From NCBI GenBank assembly GCA_963695855.1, contig CAVOHZ010000010.1, positions 1,280,001-1,344,000 of the forward strand: a stretch of DNA of 64,000 nt, in the 5' to 3' direction. Position 1 is the first letter of the stretch. Every line of letters starts with the position of its first letter. The notes beneath the pieces are model-generated. The model had not been told where the DNA came from and ran no database searches. It was given only the letters and a program-made list of their open reading frames with translations. This DNA is from an uncultured Nitrososphaerales archaeon (lineage in GTDB: Archaea > Thermoproteota > Nitrososphaeria > Nitrososphaerales > Nitrososphaeraceae). Positions 40,654-51,458 of the stretch are shown piece after piece. The position numbers and the translations under genes are program-made.

Positions 40654-41706
40654 TTATAATTTTTGTGGCGTCGTTATCAGTTTTCCAAATAATTGTGATT
40701 CCATCATTTTTATGTGACCCATTACCATATTTTCAAAAGGATAAACTGTATCTATTATTACTTTTAATTTTCCTTTGTTTATCCATTTAATAACTTCATC
40801 TAGTTCTGCACGACTTCCTTGGGTAAATCCAAGAATATTTAGACCTCTAAAGAAGAGATATCTCAAGTCTATTTCTGAATCATATCCTGTTGTTGCTCCT
40901 GTAGATACTAAAGTTCCACCCATTTTTAAGAGGCTAACTTCTTTTGGAAATACAGATTTACCTGTATGTTCAAAAATAACATCTATGCCTCCTTGATTAT
41001 TTGTTAAATTTCTAACTTTCTTGTACCAATCAGGTTCTCTATGGTTTACAACATGATCAGCACCTAATTCAAGACATTTATCCATTTTTTCCTGTGAACC
41101 AGCCGTAGCAATAACATCACAATTGAATAACTTTGCAATCTGAATACCTGCTATTCCCATACCACTTCCGCCTCCCATAATCAAAACGGTTTGCCCTGGT
41201 TGAATATTAGCTCTAGTAACTAACATGTGCCAAGAAGTTACTCCCACCATAGAAATAGCTGCTGCATCTTCAAACGAAACATTATCAGGAACTTTTATAA
41301 CATTGACTTCTGGTAAATATGTATATTGAGCAAATCCTCCCCATAAAGGACCTGTTTGAAAACCCCATACTTGTCTATGACGACAATCATATTCTTTTCC
41401 AGAAGTACATTCCTTACATATTCTACAGGTTAAAGTAGAATGCCCCACTATTCTATCTCCTATTTTAATATCTAAAACATTTTCTCCCACATCTACTACT
41501 GTACCTGAAACATCACTCCCAGAAATGTGAGGAAGAGGAATCTTAATAGGTTCTCCCCATATTCCCCAAAGATCATCATAATTATAAGAAGCTGCTTCAA
41601 CTTTTATAAGAACTTGGTTATGCTTGATTTTCGGAATTTCTATCTCTTCTATTTTTACAACTTTTCTTGGATCTTTATTATGTTCATGATATACAGCTGC
41701 CTTCAT
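40654..41706 (-). CDS. zinc-binding dehydrogenase (MDR family)
   Basis: PHISGSD, CRICKEC...C structural Zn site, GGGSGMG. Confidence 0.92.
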   Translation of the reverse strand: MKAAVYHEHNKDPRKVVKIEEIEIPKIKHNQVLIKVEAASYNYDDLWGIWGEPIKIPLPHISGSDVSGTVVDVGENVLDIKIGDRIVGHSTLTCRICKECTSGKEYDCRHRQVWGFQTGPLWGGFAQYTYLPEVNVIKVPDNVSFEDAAAISMVGVTSWHMLVTRANIQPGQTVLIMGGGSGMGIAGIQIAKLFNCDVIATAGSQEKMDKCLELGADHVVNHREPDWYKKVRNLTNNQGGIDVIFEHTGKSVFPKEVSLLKMGGTLVSTGATTGYDSEIDLRYLFFRGLNILGFTQGSRAELDEVIKWINKGKLKVIIDTVYPFENMVMGHIKMMESQLFGKLITTPQKL

Positions 41707-41980
41707 TTCACTAAAAAATATACAATAGGAAATTTAAAGAATAGGTTTACAAAGTATTAAAAAATAATTATCACAAGAGAAAAAAAAACAATCTGCAACG
41801 ATAAATCTAAAGTAATTTAAAGCAAGAAGGAGATTGTAAAAAATCTGCCTGTTTGTAAATTAAGAGAGTTAATTGGATATCATATCCTCGGTTATTAGTA
41901 ATATATTACAAAATATATTTTGCGTTTGAATTGAATTTAGTTATATAACAAAAACTTATAGCTGTAAAGAGACGATAATC

Positions 41981-42009
41981 AACTGATTTTGACACAAATT
42001 TGTAGTTCA
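41981..42009 (-). repeat. orphan R2 arm
   Basis: AACTGATTTTGACACAAATTTGTAGTTCA. Confidence 0.7.
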
Positions 42010-42192
42010 CAAAAAAGAAATAGTTTATCAAATTTAAGTCTGGCAACATTGCTGCACTGCATTAACTGCAAAATTTACTAATAAAATTTCTTACAGGTGA
42101 TACGTTAGACATTTCGCCAGGGATATCTTCAGATTTATAATTCAATCTAGTAACCTATTTTGTTTCAAAAAATATTATGGTTTTGATTTAAT

Positions 42193-42555
42193 CTAGACAA
42201 TACTTTTACTTACTAATTTTTTGCTTTGCCATAAACCAAAAGTATTTTGTTGCTGATCTTGTAATGTAGCATAAAAACCTTCAGATATCTCCTTTTTGTT
42301 AATTAACATCTTTGCACCTTGTTTTTGAGATTTAGTTATAAAGTCATCTATTGATTCTACCATAATATAAAATGTAGGAGTTTGATTATTTTCTCTTTTT
42401 GAAGTTATTGCTCCTTTTATTCCAGCATTTTTTATTAACCAATACTTTCCTCCTCCTCCTCCTCCTCCACTTTTCTCAAATTTCCAGCCAAACATATTCG
42501 AATAGAATTTTTTTGTTTCTTCAATGTTGTCTGTTGGTATTTCTATATATCTATC
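42193..42555 (-). pseudogene. VOC/glyoxalase family protein, start codon lost
   Basis: YIEIPTDNIEETKKFYSNMFGWKF...NTFGLWQ. Confidence 0.75.
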
Positions 42556-42581
42556 CTATTTGATATAATTACATAATAGTA

Positions 42582-42986
42582 ATGAAACATCAGGTAATCA
42601 TTCCACAATTTGTAAGTAATGAATCTTTTAGAAATTATATTCCGCAAACTGTCAAAATTCAAAAAGGAGATGCTATAACATGGATCAATACGGATAATGA
42701 ATCTCACCATCTATACTTTGTTAAAATTGATCCTGACCCAACAAATATTGAAGTATTAGATGAAAAGCTGTATCTAAACTCTGGAGAATTAGGAGAAGTT
42801 ATTTTTAATTATAATTATGAACGAATAGATTATGTATGTAAAATGCATAGAAGAGAAGTTAATAGTATTACTATTTTTACTGAAGACTATGAAAATATGA
42901 GCAATATTCAAAGATTAAGATATCTTCATAAGAGATATAATATCAAGATTCCCAACCTGTCAAGCTATCTTGATGGAAATAGATAA
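42582..42986 (+). CDS. cupredoxin-fold protein without signal peptide
   Basis: P.TVKIQKGD.ITWIN.D..SH and Y.CKMH motifs. Confidence 0.8.
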   Translation: MKHQVIIPQFVSNESFRNYIPQTVKIQKGDAITWINTDNESHHLYFVKIDPDPTNIEVLDEKLYLNSGELGEVIFNYNYERIDYVCKMHRREVNSITIFTEDYENMSNIQRLRYLHKRYNIKIPNLSSYLDGNR

Positions 42987-43000
42987 TTGGTGTAAATATA

Positions 43001-43759
43001 ATGGCTAATCAGAATATTACAGATAATGATCCTTATTCTAAGGAACAACTAAGTATGTATTTTGATCCATTCATATACAAACATATTAAAGAATTAAAGT
43101 TAGATGGAATCAACCTCAATAAATTCATTATTGTATTTTGGGATATAAGTAAATTTTCTGCCTTAAATAAAGAATTAAAAGCATTAATGAAAAAACGAAT
43201 GAAAAAACATGGTCTTATATTTCATGAACTAGAATACTTATTAAGAGATTATTATAGTGAAGCAACAAGGGTGATAAAAAAAAATAATGGGATATTGGAT
43301 AAATTTATAGGTGATGGAATTTTTGCTTATTTCGGTTACCAAGATAAAAAATTTGATATAGTTTATTCAAAAGCAATGGATGCTGCTTTAGAGTTAAAGA
43401 TGAATTTTATAAAAATTAAGGAAAAACATATGAAAATTTTATATTCTCATTATGATTACAAACCTACTACCAATATAAATTTGAAATGTGCCATGCATAT
43501 TGGTCAAGTTCTGTTTGGATATTGGTATTCGCCTCTTCGAAGTCAGATTACTGCTATTGGAGATGATGTTAATTTCTGTAGTAGACTTGAGGGATTTGCT
43601 GATAATGATCAAATTATCATTTCAAAAGAGTTGAATAATGCATTAAGTAAGATAACTAACAATACATTTAGAACTAAAAAAATAAAAATACCAGATGATA
43701 AGAAATTGAAAACTTATGAACATGTTAATTATGTTTATGAGTTAATAGGCAAAAAATAA
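43001..43759 (+). CDS. class III adenylate/guanylate cyclase
   Basis: FWDISKFS, DKFIGDGI, TAIGDDVNFCSRLE. Confidence 0.92.
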   Translation: MANQNITDNDPYSKEQLSMYFDPFIYKHIKELKLDGINLNKFIIVFWDISKFSALNKELKALMKKRMKKHGLIFHELEYLLRDYYSEATRVIKKNNGILDKFIGDGIFAYFGYQDKKFDIVYSKAMDAALELKMNFIKIKEKHMKILYSHYDYKPTTNINLKCAMHIGQVLFGYWYSPLRSQITAIGDDVNFCSRLEGFADNDQIIISKELNNALSKITNNTFRTKKIKIPDDKKLKTYEHVNYVYELIGKK

Positions 43760-44329
43760 GCAAATTCTAAATTGAATATTTATGAACATTACGATTCAAT
43801 GCTTTTAGTTGAAGGATTTGTTAAAGAAGATGTTATTTTATAATATTGGTTCCCTATTTTGAATTTTGATCAATATATTATATAATTATATACTAGTATA
43901 AGAATACTTAATGTATGCAAATAATTGCAATTCTTTTTGTTATTAGACCTCAATAGTTCCCTAATCGGTATTCATTCAATAATACTCTAGCGAATCATTA
44001 TCTTTACTAAATAATAGCATTGGTTTATCCAAGAGTACATCTGGCTCTGAACCTGATTACATTTGGCTTTTGGAATAGGCTGTTAACTTTTTAATACTTT
44101 TTTGGACTACAAAAATCTTTTTCTAAAAAATTCTAGATAGACATATTTATGAATACCTTTTTTTAATATTCGATTCTGTTCTTTTACTAGTTGTAGAATA
44201 CTGATATTCATTAATTATTTATTTTTAATTATTGTTATTAGCATTATTCTTATTATTATTTTTAAATTATTGAAAGTGTTAAATATACTAAAAAGATAAG
44301 GTTATATTTTATAGTTTTTTATCCACGTT

Positions 44330-44628
44330 TAATTTCTTTCTATATACTTCTCTGGAGATATACAGAACAGGCAATAAAAAAATGTAAGAGACTCTCCAAA
44401 AAGAGTTAATATTTTTAAATCCAAGTTAGAAAATACTGGAGGTAAACTATAGAAACATATTATACGTTTGGTAAATATGATGGGGTATCAATAGTGGAGA
44501 CTCCTAATTATGAAGCATTGATGTGTTGTCTATTGTCTATTGGAAGTCAAGGTAATGCACTTACTGTAACTTTAAAAGCCTTTATCTATGATGAAGCTAC
44601 TAAAATAATTGAGAATATACAACAATAA
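44330..44628 (+). pseudogene. GYD-domain protein, frameshifted
   Basis: YTEQAIK...YYTFGKYDGVSIVE...TLKAF. Confidence 0.7.
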
Positions 44629-44728
44629 TCCAAAACTTTCATTTCGCGTTATTTATATCTTCATATAATCTTGAATTTATTTGTTATAAGAAACAAAAAA
44701 CGCATTGATAATGACATTATTAGAATAT

Positions 44729-44780
44729 GGGGTTCTCAAGGTTTCGATTTCTCATTATGGGAGGGTTTGGTAACATAATA
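44729..44780 (-). repeat. degenerate tRNA(Lys)-like att site, arm R1
   Basis: GGGGTTCTCAAGGTTTCGATTTCTCATTATGGGAGGGTTTGGTAACATAATA. Confidence 0.65.
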
Positions 44781-45254
44781 TTTAAGTTTTGGAATAAAGT
44801 TTATAGCTAATTTCGGTTAATTTTGAAATTCATTGCAATAACAATTCAAAGCAGGACGTGTGAGTTGAAGGCTCAGTTCGCTGTCTTACTTTTTGATTCT
44901 TCATAAGATACCAAATTGAATTGAAGGTATTTTTGGTTTCGAATTTTCAAATTTTTATTAGTCTTGCGCCAGTGGTTATTTTCAGAAAAATTAAGATACT
45001 GATAAATGATATCATGCTGTTGATTTTCAAGTACCAAGATAAAATGAGTTTAATGTACATGTTACAAGATATGCTGATATTTCTGAGTGCAGAATTGATA
45101 TTCAAATGACAATTACTATGATAGACAAATAGATAGATGGAGAATCTAACAAATAAGACTTTGTATAATGACCTAATTCACTACTACACTTTTTAGCCCC
45201 TGCTACTGATTACAAAGATATTCAAAGTAAATAAATATCTGCAAATTTTATTTA

Positions 45255-46562
45255 TTATCTATTCTTAGTTTGGAAACGTATTGGCAAATGTGATAATCCA
45301 AGGAAAAGAGAACTTTTGAGTGGAGTAACTTTAGTATATAGATCTTGTTTACCATTATAATCAAAATTAAGTTGAAGATTATCAAATCTTTCAAGAAGTA
45401 TTCTTAATGCTATTTGTCCTTCAAGTCTAGCTAAAGGAGCCCCTAAACAAAAATGAATTCCAGTTCCAAAAGCCATATGACGTAGGTTTTTCCGAGTAAT
45501 ATCAAATCTTTCAGGATCTATAAATACTGATTCATCATGGTTGGCAGAACCCAAAAATAATATTATCTTTTGACCTTTCTTTATTTCTTGTTTCTCCATT
45601 TCTTTTCCTTCTCCTCTTTTTCCTTCTCCTTCTTCAGATAAAGTTACATCATCATTTGCAATACGAATTACTAATTGTACTGGTGATCGATATCGTAAAG
45701 TCTCTTCTATTGCAGGTTTGATTAAGGAATTTCTATTCTCTTGTAATCTTTTAAATTCTTGAGGATTCTCAAGTAACGAAAAAATCGAATTTCCTATTAG
45801 ATTAACTGTTGTAATATGTCCAGCATTTAAAAGAAGATGAGAAAAAGTAAGTATTTCTTTTTCAGATAACGAATGTCCATCTACTTTAGCTCTAATGATA
45901 CGACTGATAAGATCATCCTCATCATTTGTTGAAGAATTTATCTTTTTTTTTCTCTCTTCTATTAATTTGCCAAAATAAATATCCATTTCATCAATAGTTT
46001 TGGATACTTTTTTAATGTAATCAATATCGCTATTTTCTTCAAGACCTACTATCACATCTGCCCATTGATGGTAAGTATCTCGATCTTCAGATGGTACTCC
46101 AAGGAGTTCTGCAATTACAGTTGCAGGTAAAGGATAAGCAAAATCTGATATCAAGTCCATTGTATTCGTAGTACTATTATTACCATTATTTTTTTCAATG
46201 ATCTTATCAATCAGTTCATTTACAATATTTTCAATATGTGGTTCTAATTTAGATATTTCTATTGGAAAAAATAATGTATCAACAATACTACGCAGCTTTC
46301 TATGATATGGAGGATCTGAGGTTATAAGACTTGGTCGGTGAATATTTTCTTCATATTCGACGGGTGTTCCTAGAGGTAAATCAAGTGGACCAAATTTACT
46401 GGAAAACTTTGAAGGATCTTTTAATATTTTTTCAATATCATTATAACGATATACTCCCCATCGTTCATTTTCTTTATCAAAAACAATGGGATTGTTTTTT
46501 CTCATTGATGAATAAAATTCAAAAGGTGAAAATCTTTGTTCTATTGGAGGATATATTTCCAT
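45255..46562 (-). CDS. cytochrome P450
   Basis: DPPYH, AGHITT, EETLR, FGTGIHFCLG heme motif. Confidence 0.97.
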   Translation of the reverse strand: MEIYPPIEQRFSPFEFYSSMRKNNPIVFDKENERWGVYRYNDIEKILKDPSKFSSKFGPLDLPLGTPVEYEENIHRPSLITSDPPYHRKLRSIVDTLFFPIEISKLEPHIENIVNELIDKIIEKNNGNNSTTNTMDLISDFAYPLPATVIAELLGVPSEDRDTYHQWADVIVGLEENSDIDYIKKVSKTIDEMDIYFGKLIEERKKKINSSTNDEDDLISRIIRAKVDGHSLSEKEILTFSHLLLNAGHITTVNLIGNSIFSLLENPQEFKRLQENRNSLIKPAIEETLRYRSPVQLVIRIANDDVTLSEEGEGKRGEGKEMEKQEIKKGQKIILFLGSANHDESVFIDPERFDITRKNLRHMAFGTGIHFCLGAPLARLEGQIALRILLERFDNLQLNFDYNGKQDLYTKVTPLKSSLFLGLSHLPIRFQTKNR

Positions 46563-46984
46563 ATATTTTATATATAATAGAGATTTATATTTATTTTTAT
46601 TTTTGATAATTTCAGATTTCTTCTTATTGATTGTCTGTCTCTATGTTATAGTTGTTTATATTCTTCAACTTTTTTACATCAATTACATTTAGTTTGTAAT
46701 GAAGCAGAAGAATCCAATATTGAATTGGCAATAAGAGTATAAAATATGTACTACCAGCAAGAGAGATAAAGATCTTCTCATGGAATAATATTATTTTAGA
46801 TAATGAAAATATTTATCGAATTATTAATAACATATATATAAATGAGTGTTGATATTGTAAAAAATAAAATTATTTGTGCACAACCAATTGAATTCATTGT
46901 TAAGAATTAAAATTATTCAATATGACAAGTGCTTCAGAAATGAGATTTCCAAAGGTATTAGAATATTGCAAATAATACTTGGAA

Positions 46985-47197
46985 TTATGCTATAACTTGT
47001 TCTTTCTTCTGTATATTCATAAGATTGTCATCGACAAATTCTGAAAACTTTACAAGAACCTTTAGAATATCACTTTGGTATCGTTCAGACGTCCTAAGAG
47101 CTCTCAAATATTCATAAAACTCAATTAACAGATCTGAATTTGACTTGCTCTCAAGTTTCCTAACTTTTTCTAAAGTATCTATGAGTTTGTAGACATT
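46985..47197 (-). pseudogene. putative integrase N-terminal stub
   Basis: MSTKLIDTLEKVRKLESKSNSDLLIEFYEYL...NIQKKEQVIA*; not in the ORF track. Confidence 0.65.
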
Positions 47198-47231
47198 TTT
47201 GTTAGACCTTCAATATTATATTCCTTCCACC

Positions 47232-47306
47232 AGTATATGAGCCCAATTGGTTGAGGGGTTCGGAGGGCTTCGAATTCTCATTATAACAGGGTTCGGTAAC
47301 ATAATA
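47232..47306 (-). repeat. tRNA(Lys)-like att site, arms L3+R1
   Basis: AGTATATGAGCCCAATTGGTTGA-GGGGTTCGGAGGGCTTCGAA-TTCTCATTATAACAGGGTTCGGTAACATAATA. Confidence 0.85.
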
Positions 47307-47373
47307 TATCAAGGTATTATTATCAAAATGTAACTATCACGTATAGTCATTATTCATTAAAAAGAAACTAAAC

Positions 47374-48264
47374 TTAATATCCTTTGATATGCAATCCTTT
47401 ATCATCATATACAATATCCTTCATCTGAAAAATTTTATATCCATTTTCAAACAAATATTCCATTTCTTTTTCAAATAAATCTGGATTTAGACTGTAATCA
47501 TCATTAGCGTAACTTATTCCGTGATAAATGAGAATAGGAATTGCTCCAATTGTATTTTCAGTATTATATTTGGTTTGACTTTCTACAATGTCTATAAATT
47601 CTTCATACATTTCATCGTCTGAATATCCGCCTGATTTTTTATATGCCTCATGACTTAGTCCAGTTATTGTATACTTTTTGAAATCTAATTGTAATTCATT
47701 TTCATTATTTTTAGTTGAATAATGGGATTGATTTTCGTATTTACCATCATCAGGAAAACCTTCCTCATTTCTACATTGAAATAACATAAGTGGTTCTGAA
47801 GCAGTTCGAGCAATATAGTAATTGTCAGCAATAATTTTTAGTATATTTGTGTCATTATCGCCATCATTAAATGGAATTTAAAAACTGGTTACATTAAATG
47901 CCTTCTCTTGTAGACATCTTTTAGATTCTATAATTTCATATTTCATTTTTTCATCAGATAGTTTGCTCAATTTTTTATGATTCATTGAATGAGAGCCAAT
48001 TTCATGTCCTTCTTCTTCAAGTGTCTGGATATTGTTCCAATTCATTCTATTTTCTTTATCTACAGCATTACAAATTATATAAAATGTTGCCTTAAAATTA
48101 TATTTATCTAAAATTATTTTTGCATAAGTGTACTGGCTTAATCTTCCATCATCAAATGTTATAATTGCTGCTTTAATTGGTTCAGCCAAGGAATAAGAAA
48201 TCAGAACTTGAGAAGATAATAATAAAATTATCACTAAAAATAAGAATCTTGTTAAACAACACAA
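47374..48264 (-). pseudogene. polysaccharide deacetylase, split by a stop codon
   Basis: ITFDDG, EIGSHSMNH and PILIYH in consecutive ORFs. Confidence 0.85.
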
Positions 48265-48648
48265 AGTGAGAATATTAAAAAAAGATATTTATATATTGCT
48301 TTAAATTGATCATGTAAATTATTATAATACTTTATGCCGATAGTCAAATGTACAAATTTAAGTATTAGTATAATTTACAAAAAACATGATTAATGATTCC
48401 ATAATCCTTCTATTTCTTCGTATTTCTAAATATTGAAGTTCCTCTCGTTCTTTTTGTATTTGTAATTTCATTATTATCTAATAATCCCTTTATTCTGATT
48501 TTTTAATTGTCTTATCATATCCCAAATTGAATTTGGTTTAAATAGTCAGTCAGTAGTAAGGTTACAAACTAATCTTGCATTGAGTTCATTTTTGCAGGGA
48601 TGTTCATTTAGCCAATCAGGTACATAAGGTGGTGAAAATGTTGAAGGA

Positions 48649-48854
48649 ATAATCTGTTCTTTCTTCTGTATATTCATGAGGTTGTCATTGATAAATTCTG
48701 AAAACTTTACAAGAACCTTTAGAATGTAACTTTGATATCTTTCAGCGGTTCTAGCGCTTCTCAAATATTCATAAAACTCAATTAACAAATCTGAATTTGA
48801 CTTATTTTCTAGTTTCCTAACTTTTTCTAAGGCATCTTTAAGTTTTGTACGCAT
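48649..48854 (-). pseudogene. putative integrase N-terminal stub
   Basis: Paralogue of 46985-47197; homology ends at KKEQII. Confidence 0.65.
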
Positions 48855-48894
48855 TTCTTTATTAGATGACCTCCATCATTATCTTCCACTTACT

Positions 48895-48969
48895 AGTATA
48901 TGAGCCCAATTGGTTAGCGGGTTCGGAGGGCTTCGAATTCTCATTATAACAGAGTTCGGTAACATAATA
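48895..48969 (-). repeat. tRNA(Lys)-like att site, arms L3+R1
   Basis: Near-identical to 47232-47306. Confidence 0.85.
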
Positions 48970-49520
48970 GATAAAGTTTATTATTTCATAATTTTATGAA
49001 TAACAATTCAATAGTGAAGTTGATTTGCAGATTTAGTTCAATGTCTATACTTGAGAGTTTTATTCTGGAAACATTTTTGGTATTCCCTCATTTTCAATTG
49101 AAGATTCATTCAATTAATAAAATTTTTTTATATGTTCAGAAAAGATTAATGAAAAAAATATAATGTTAAACTAAATAATATGGGATCATTAAATACAATA
49201 TTCTAATTTTTTATTGCAATGTGAAATTAATCTTTTTACGTCTTCATATGTGGAAATTCACTTGGATGAATATATGTTTTATATGTTCATAACAAAAATG
49301 CTTAGAACGAATAGAACATTGATTTATAGTTGATTCTGACAATTAGGAATTGCACAAACAGGCATTTTATTGAATTTATCATCTTTTCTTTCTTAGATCA
49401 ATTACTGGACTCATATGGGATATATTTAGAAAAAGATAGTTAAATTTGCTCTTTATCACTATTGCGATATCACAATTTTGAAGAAGGATATGGTTTTAAG
49501 ATAATAATTAATTAAGATGA

Positions 49521-50096
49521 ATGAGTAATGAAAATGAAGAGGAGAAGAAGGGGGATGAGAGAATTAAGTTAATTGGAGGAGAAGTAAACAACAGAAAAGA
49601 CGATGATGATGATGATGATAATGATGATGATAAAGAACTCAATAACAATAAAGAAGAAGTGGACAAAAAAATAAGAAATAACGATATAATAGAATTATTG
49701 ACTAAAGGGAAAATCGAACTTTCACAAATATTTATTGCACCTGCAATTGTTGCTTTTGGAATTCTACATATTTTAAATGGTGAAACTTCTCCCATGACTT
49801 GGCTAGTTCTTTCTATAAGTTATTGGCTAATCTTTATTTTAACACTATTCTTATTTTTAACTCAATATATTAGAATAATAACATTCCAAATGGTTATCAA
49901 AAAAAGATATGGCCATGAGTTTAATGAAGAAATAGATAGTACTACGGAATTTGGTAGTCATAAATTTTTAAAAAAGATTTTTAATATGTATTTTAAAAGT
50001 TCAGAAAAGAATTTATTTAGGCTTTTGTATATTATTATATTCATATTCATTCTAATTGCTTTTTCTGTATGGTTTACTGTATCTTATCATCTTTAA
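49521..50096 (+). CDS. membrane protein with acidic N-terminus
   Basis: Three hydrophobic segments. Confidence 0.7.
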   Translation: MSNENEEEKKGDERIKLIGGEVNNRKDDDDDDDNDDDKELNNNKEEVDKKIRNNDIIELLTKGKIELSQIFIAPAIVAFGILHILNGETSPMTWLVLSISYWLIFILTLFLFLTQYIRIITFQMVIKKRYGHEFNEEIDSTTEFGSHKFLKKIFNMYFKSSEKNLFRLLYIIIFIFILIAFSVWFTVSYHL

Positions 50097-50741
50097 CCAT
50101 AAATTTTTGAAAGTAAAACATTTATAATAAATGATTTGTTTACCTGATCTATATTATTAATATCATTCTAAATGGCTAAATCTAGTCTTCTTTATTGAAT
50201 CGGGAGCGAGTCCTTCAGATACCTTCGTAGTATTATTCAAAGTGCGAATCTGTAATTTGTAACGACTAACGACCTAGATTTTACGCACAAATCCAATATG
50301 TTGCTGAAGATGTTTTCAAAGGTCCACAGTTTAGAACGGGTGGTTACACTTATGACCAATTCGTTAATAGTTCATGGGAGTTAATGGAAGAAATGCAACG
50401 GACTACAGGCGGCCGGTCTATGTGGGAGCACTGGAACAAGCACGATGTCAAACAGAGACAGGAAAACTTTAGGAAATATCAGCAGGTAACATAACCATCA
50501 TTTTTATTTTTTTTTCAATTCTTAGTAATTGATTAACTAACTAACCATAGTCTAATGTATGATATTATTACAATATTTCATATTGTACTTGTAGATCAAT
50601 TGCTGTTCTTCTTACTGTCAATAATTCAGAATCTTGAAATATTACAACATTAGATAATGTTTCTTAGTGTATCTACAAACAAATACATTATTCCTAGTCA
50701 CTACGATTTATTTTAATAAAAGATATTAAAAATATTTTTAG

Positions 50742-51239
50742 TTAGTTCGTTGCTTCTTCTTGTTTCTTAATCACTTGTGCAGATTCTGCAGGAATGTTGT
50801 TTTTCTCTCTTTCATTTATAATCTCTAACATTACTGCTTCGACTGTCTCTTTTTTCATCCTTTCATTTTCACTGCGTTGAGCATTCGTCCAATTAAGTCT
50901 TTTCCAGAATTCTACATCATCCTGATATAGCCTTAATATAAAACGTAATTCCTCTTCAGTTGGACGTGGTTCAGTGAATAAAAATCTGTTACACGTAGAT
51001 GAATTATTGACATGTGTATCTCCAAAAATATCTTTTCTTTTTGTTCCACTATATATTGCGTCCATTCTTCGTATACGATTACGAAGGCATTTTTCAATCC
51101 AAGTCATTCTAGGTGAATCCCATTCTGGATGTTTGCATTTTGCACAGCATCTGGGTTTAGGTTTTTCTATACGACTAATCCATTTATAGCCGCACCTCTC
51201 ACATTCATACTCTACTACTTCTATTCTTCTTTGAGTCAT
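50742..51239 (-). CDS. zinc-ribbon protein
   Basis: YECERCGYKW...CAKCKHPEWD. Confidence 0.75.
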   Translation of the reverse strand: MTQRRIEVVEYECERCGYKWISRIEKPKPRCCAKCKHPEWDSPRMTWIEKCLRNRIRRMDAIYSGTKRKDIFGDTHVNNSSTCNRFLFTEPRPTEEELRFILRLYQDDVEFWKRLNWTNAQRSENERMKKETVEAVMLEIINEREKNNIPAESAQVIKKQEEATN

Positions 51240-51320
51240 TTAATTAGTCATTACCAGACATTTACTAATGGTAAAGGTTAGACAATATCTAATATTATTG
51301 CTATAGGTAGAACTCATTTT

Positions 51321-51458
51321 TCAATCCAATGCGTCTTCAATGGTTATTTTCAGAGGTTTGCCTTTGAAGTTTTTTAATATCTCTTGATGATAGTCTTTAG
51401 GGACATAGATCACCACTTTCTTTTCTCCCATAGTGCTGATACGTCCGATAAACTTCAT
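51321..51458 (-). CDS. small AbrB-like protein
   Basis: MKFIGRISTMGEKKVVIYVPKD...PLKITIE. Confidence 0.55.
   Translation of the reverse strand: MKFIGRISTMGEKKVVIYVPKDYHQEILKNFKGKPLKITIEDALD

Noticed and set aside
1986-48969. CRISPR array interpretation of the recurring repeats
   Set aside because: Copies are kilobases apart with genes in between, no regular 30-40 bp spacers and no cas genes.
346-48969. Intact tRNA genes
   Set aside because: Only T-arm/acceptor 3' portions are present; no D-arm, anticodon arm or 5' acceptor strand was found.
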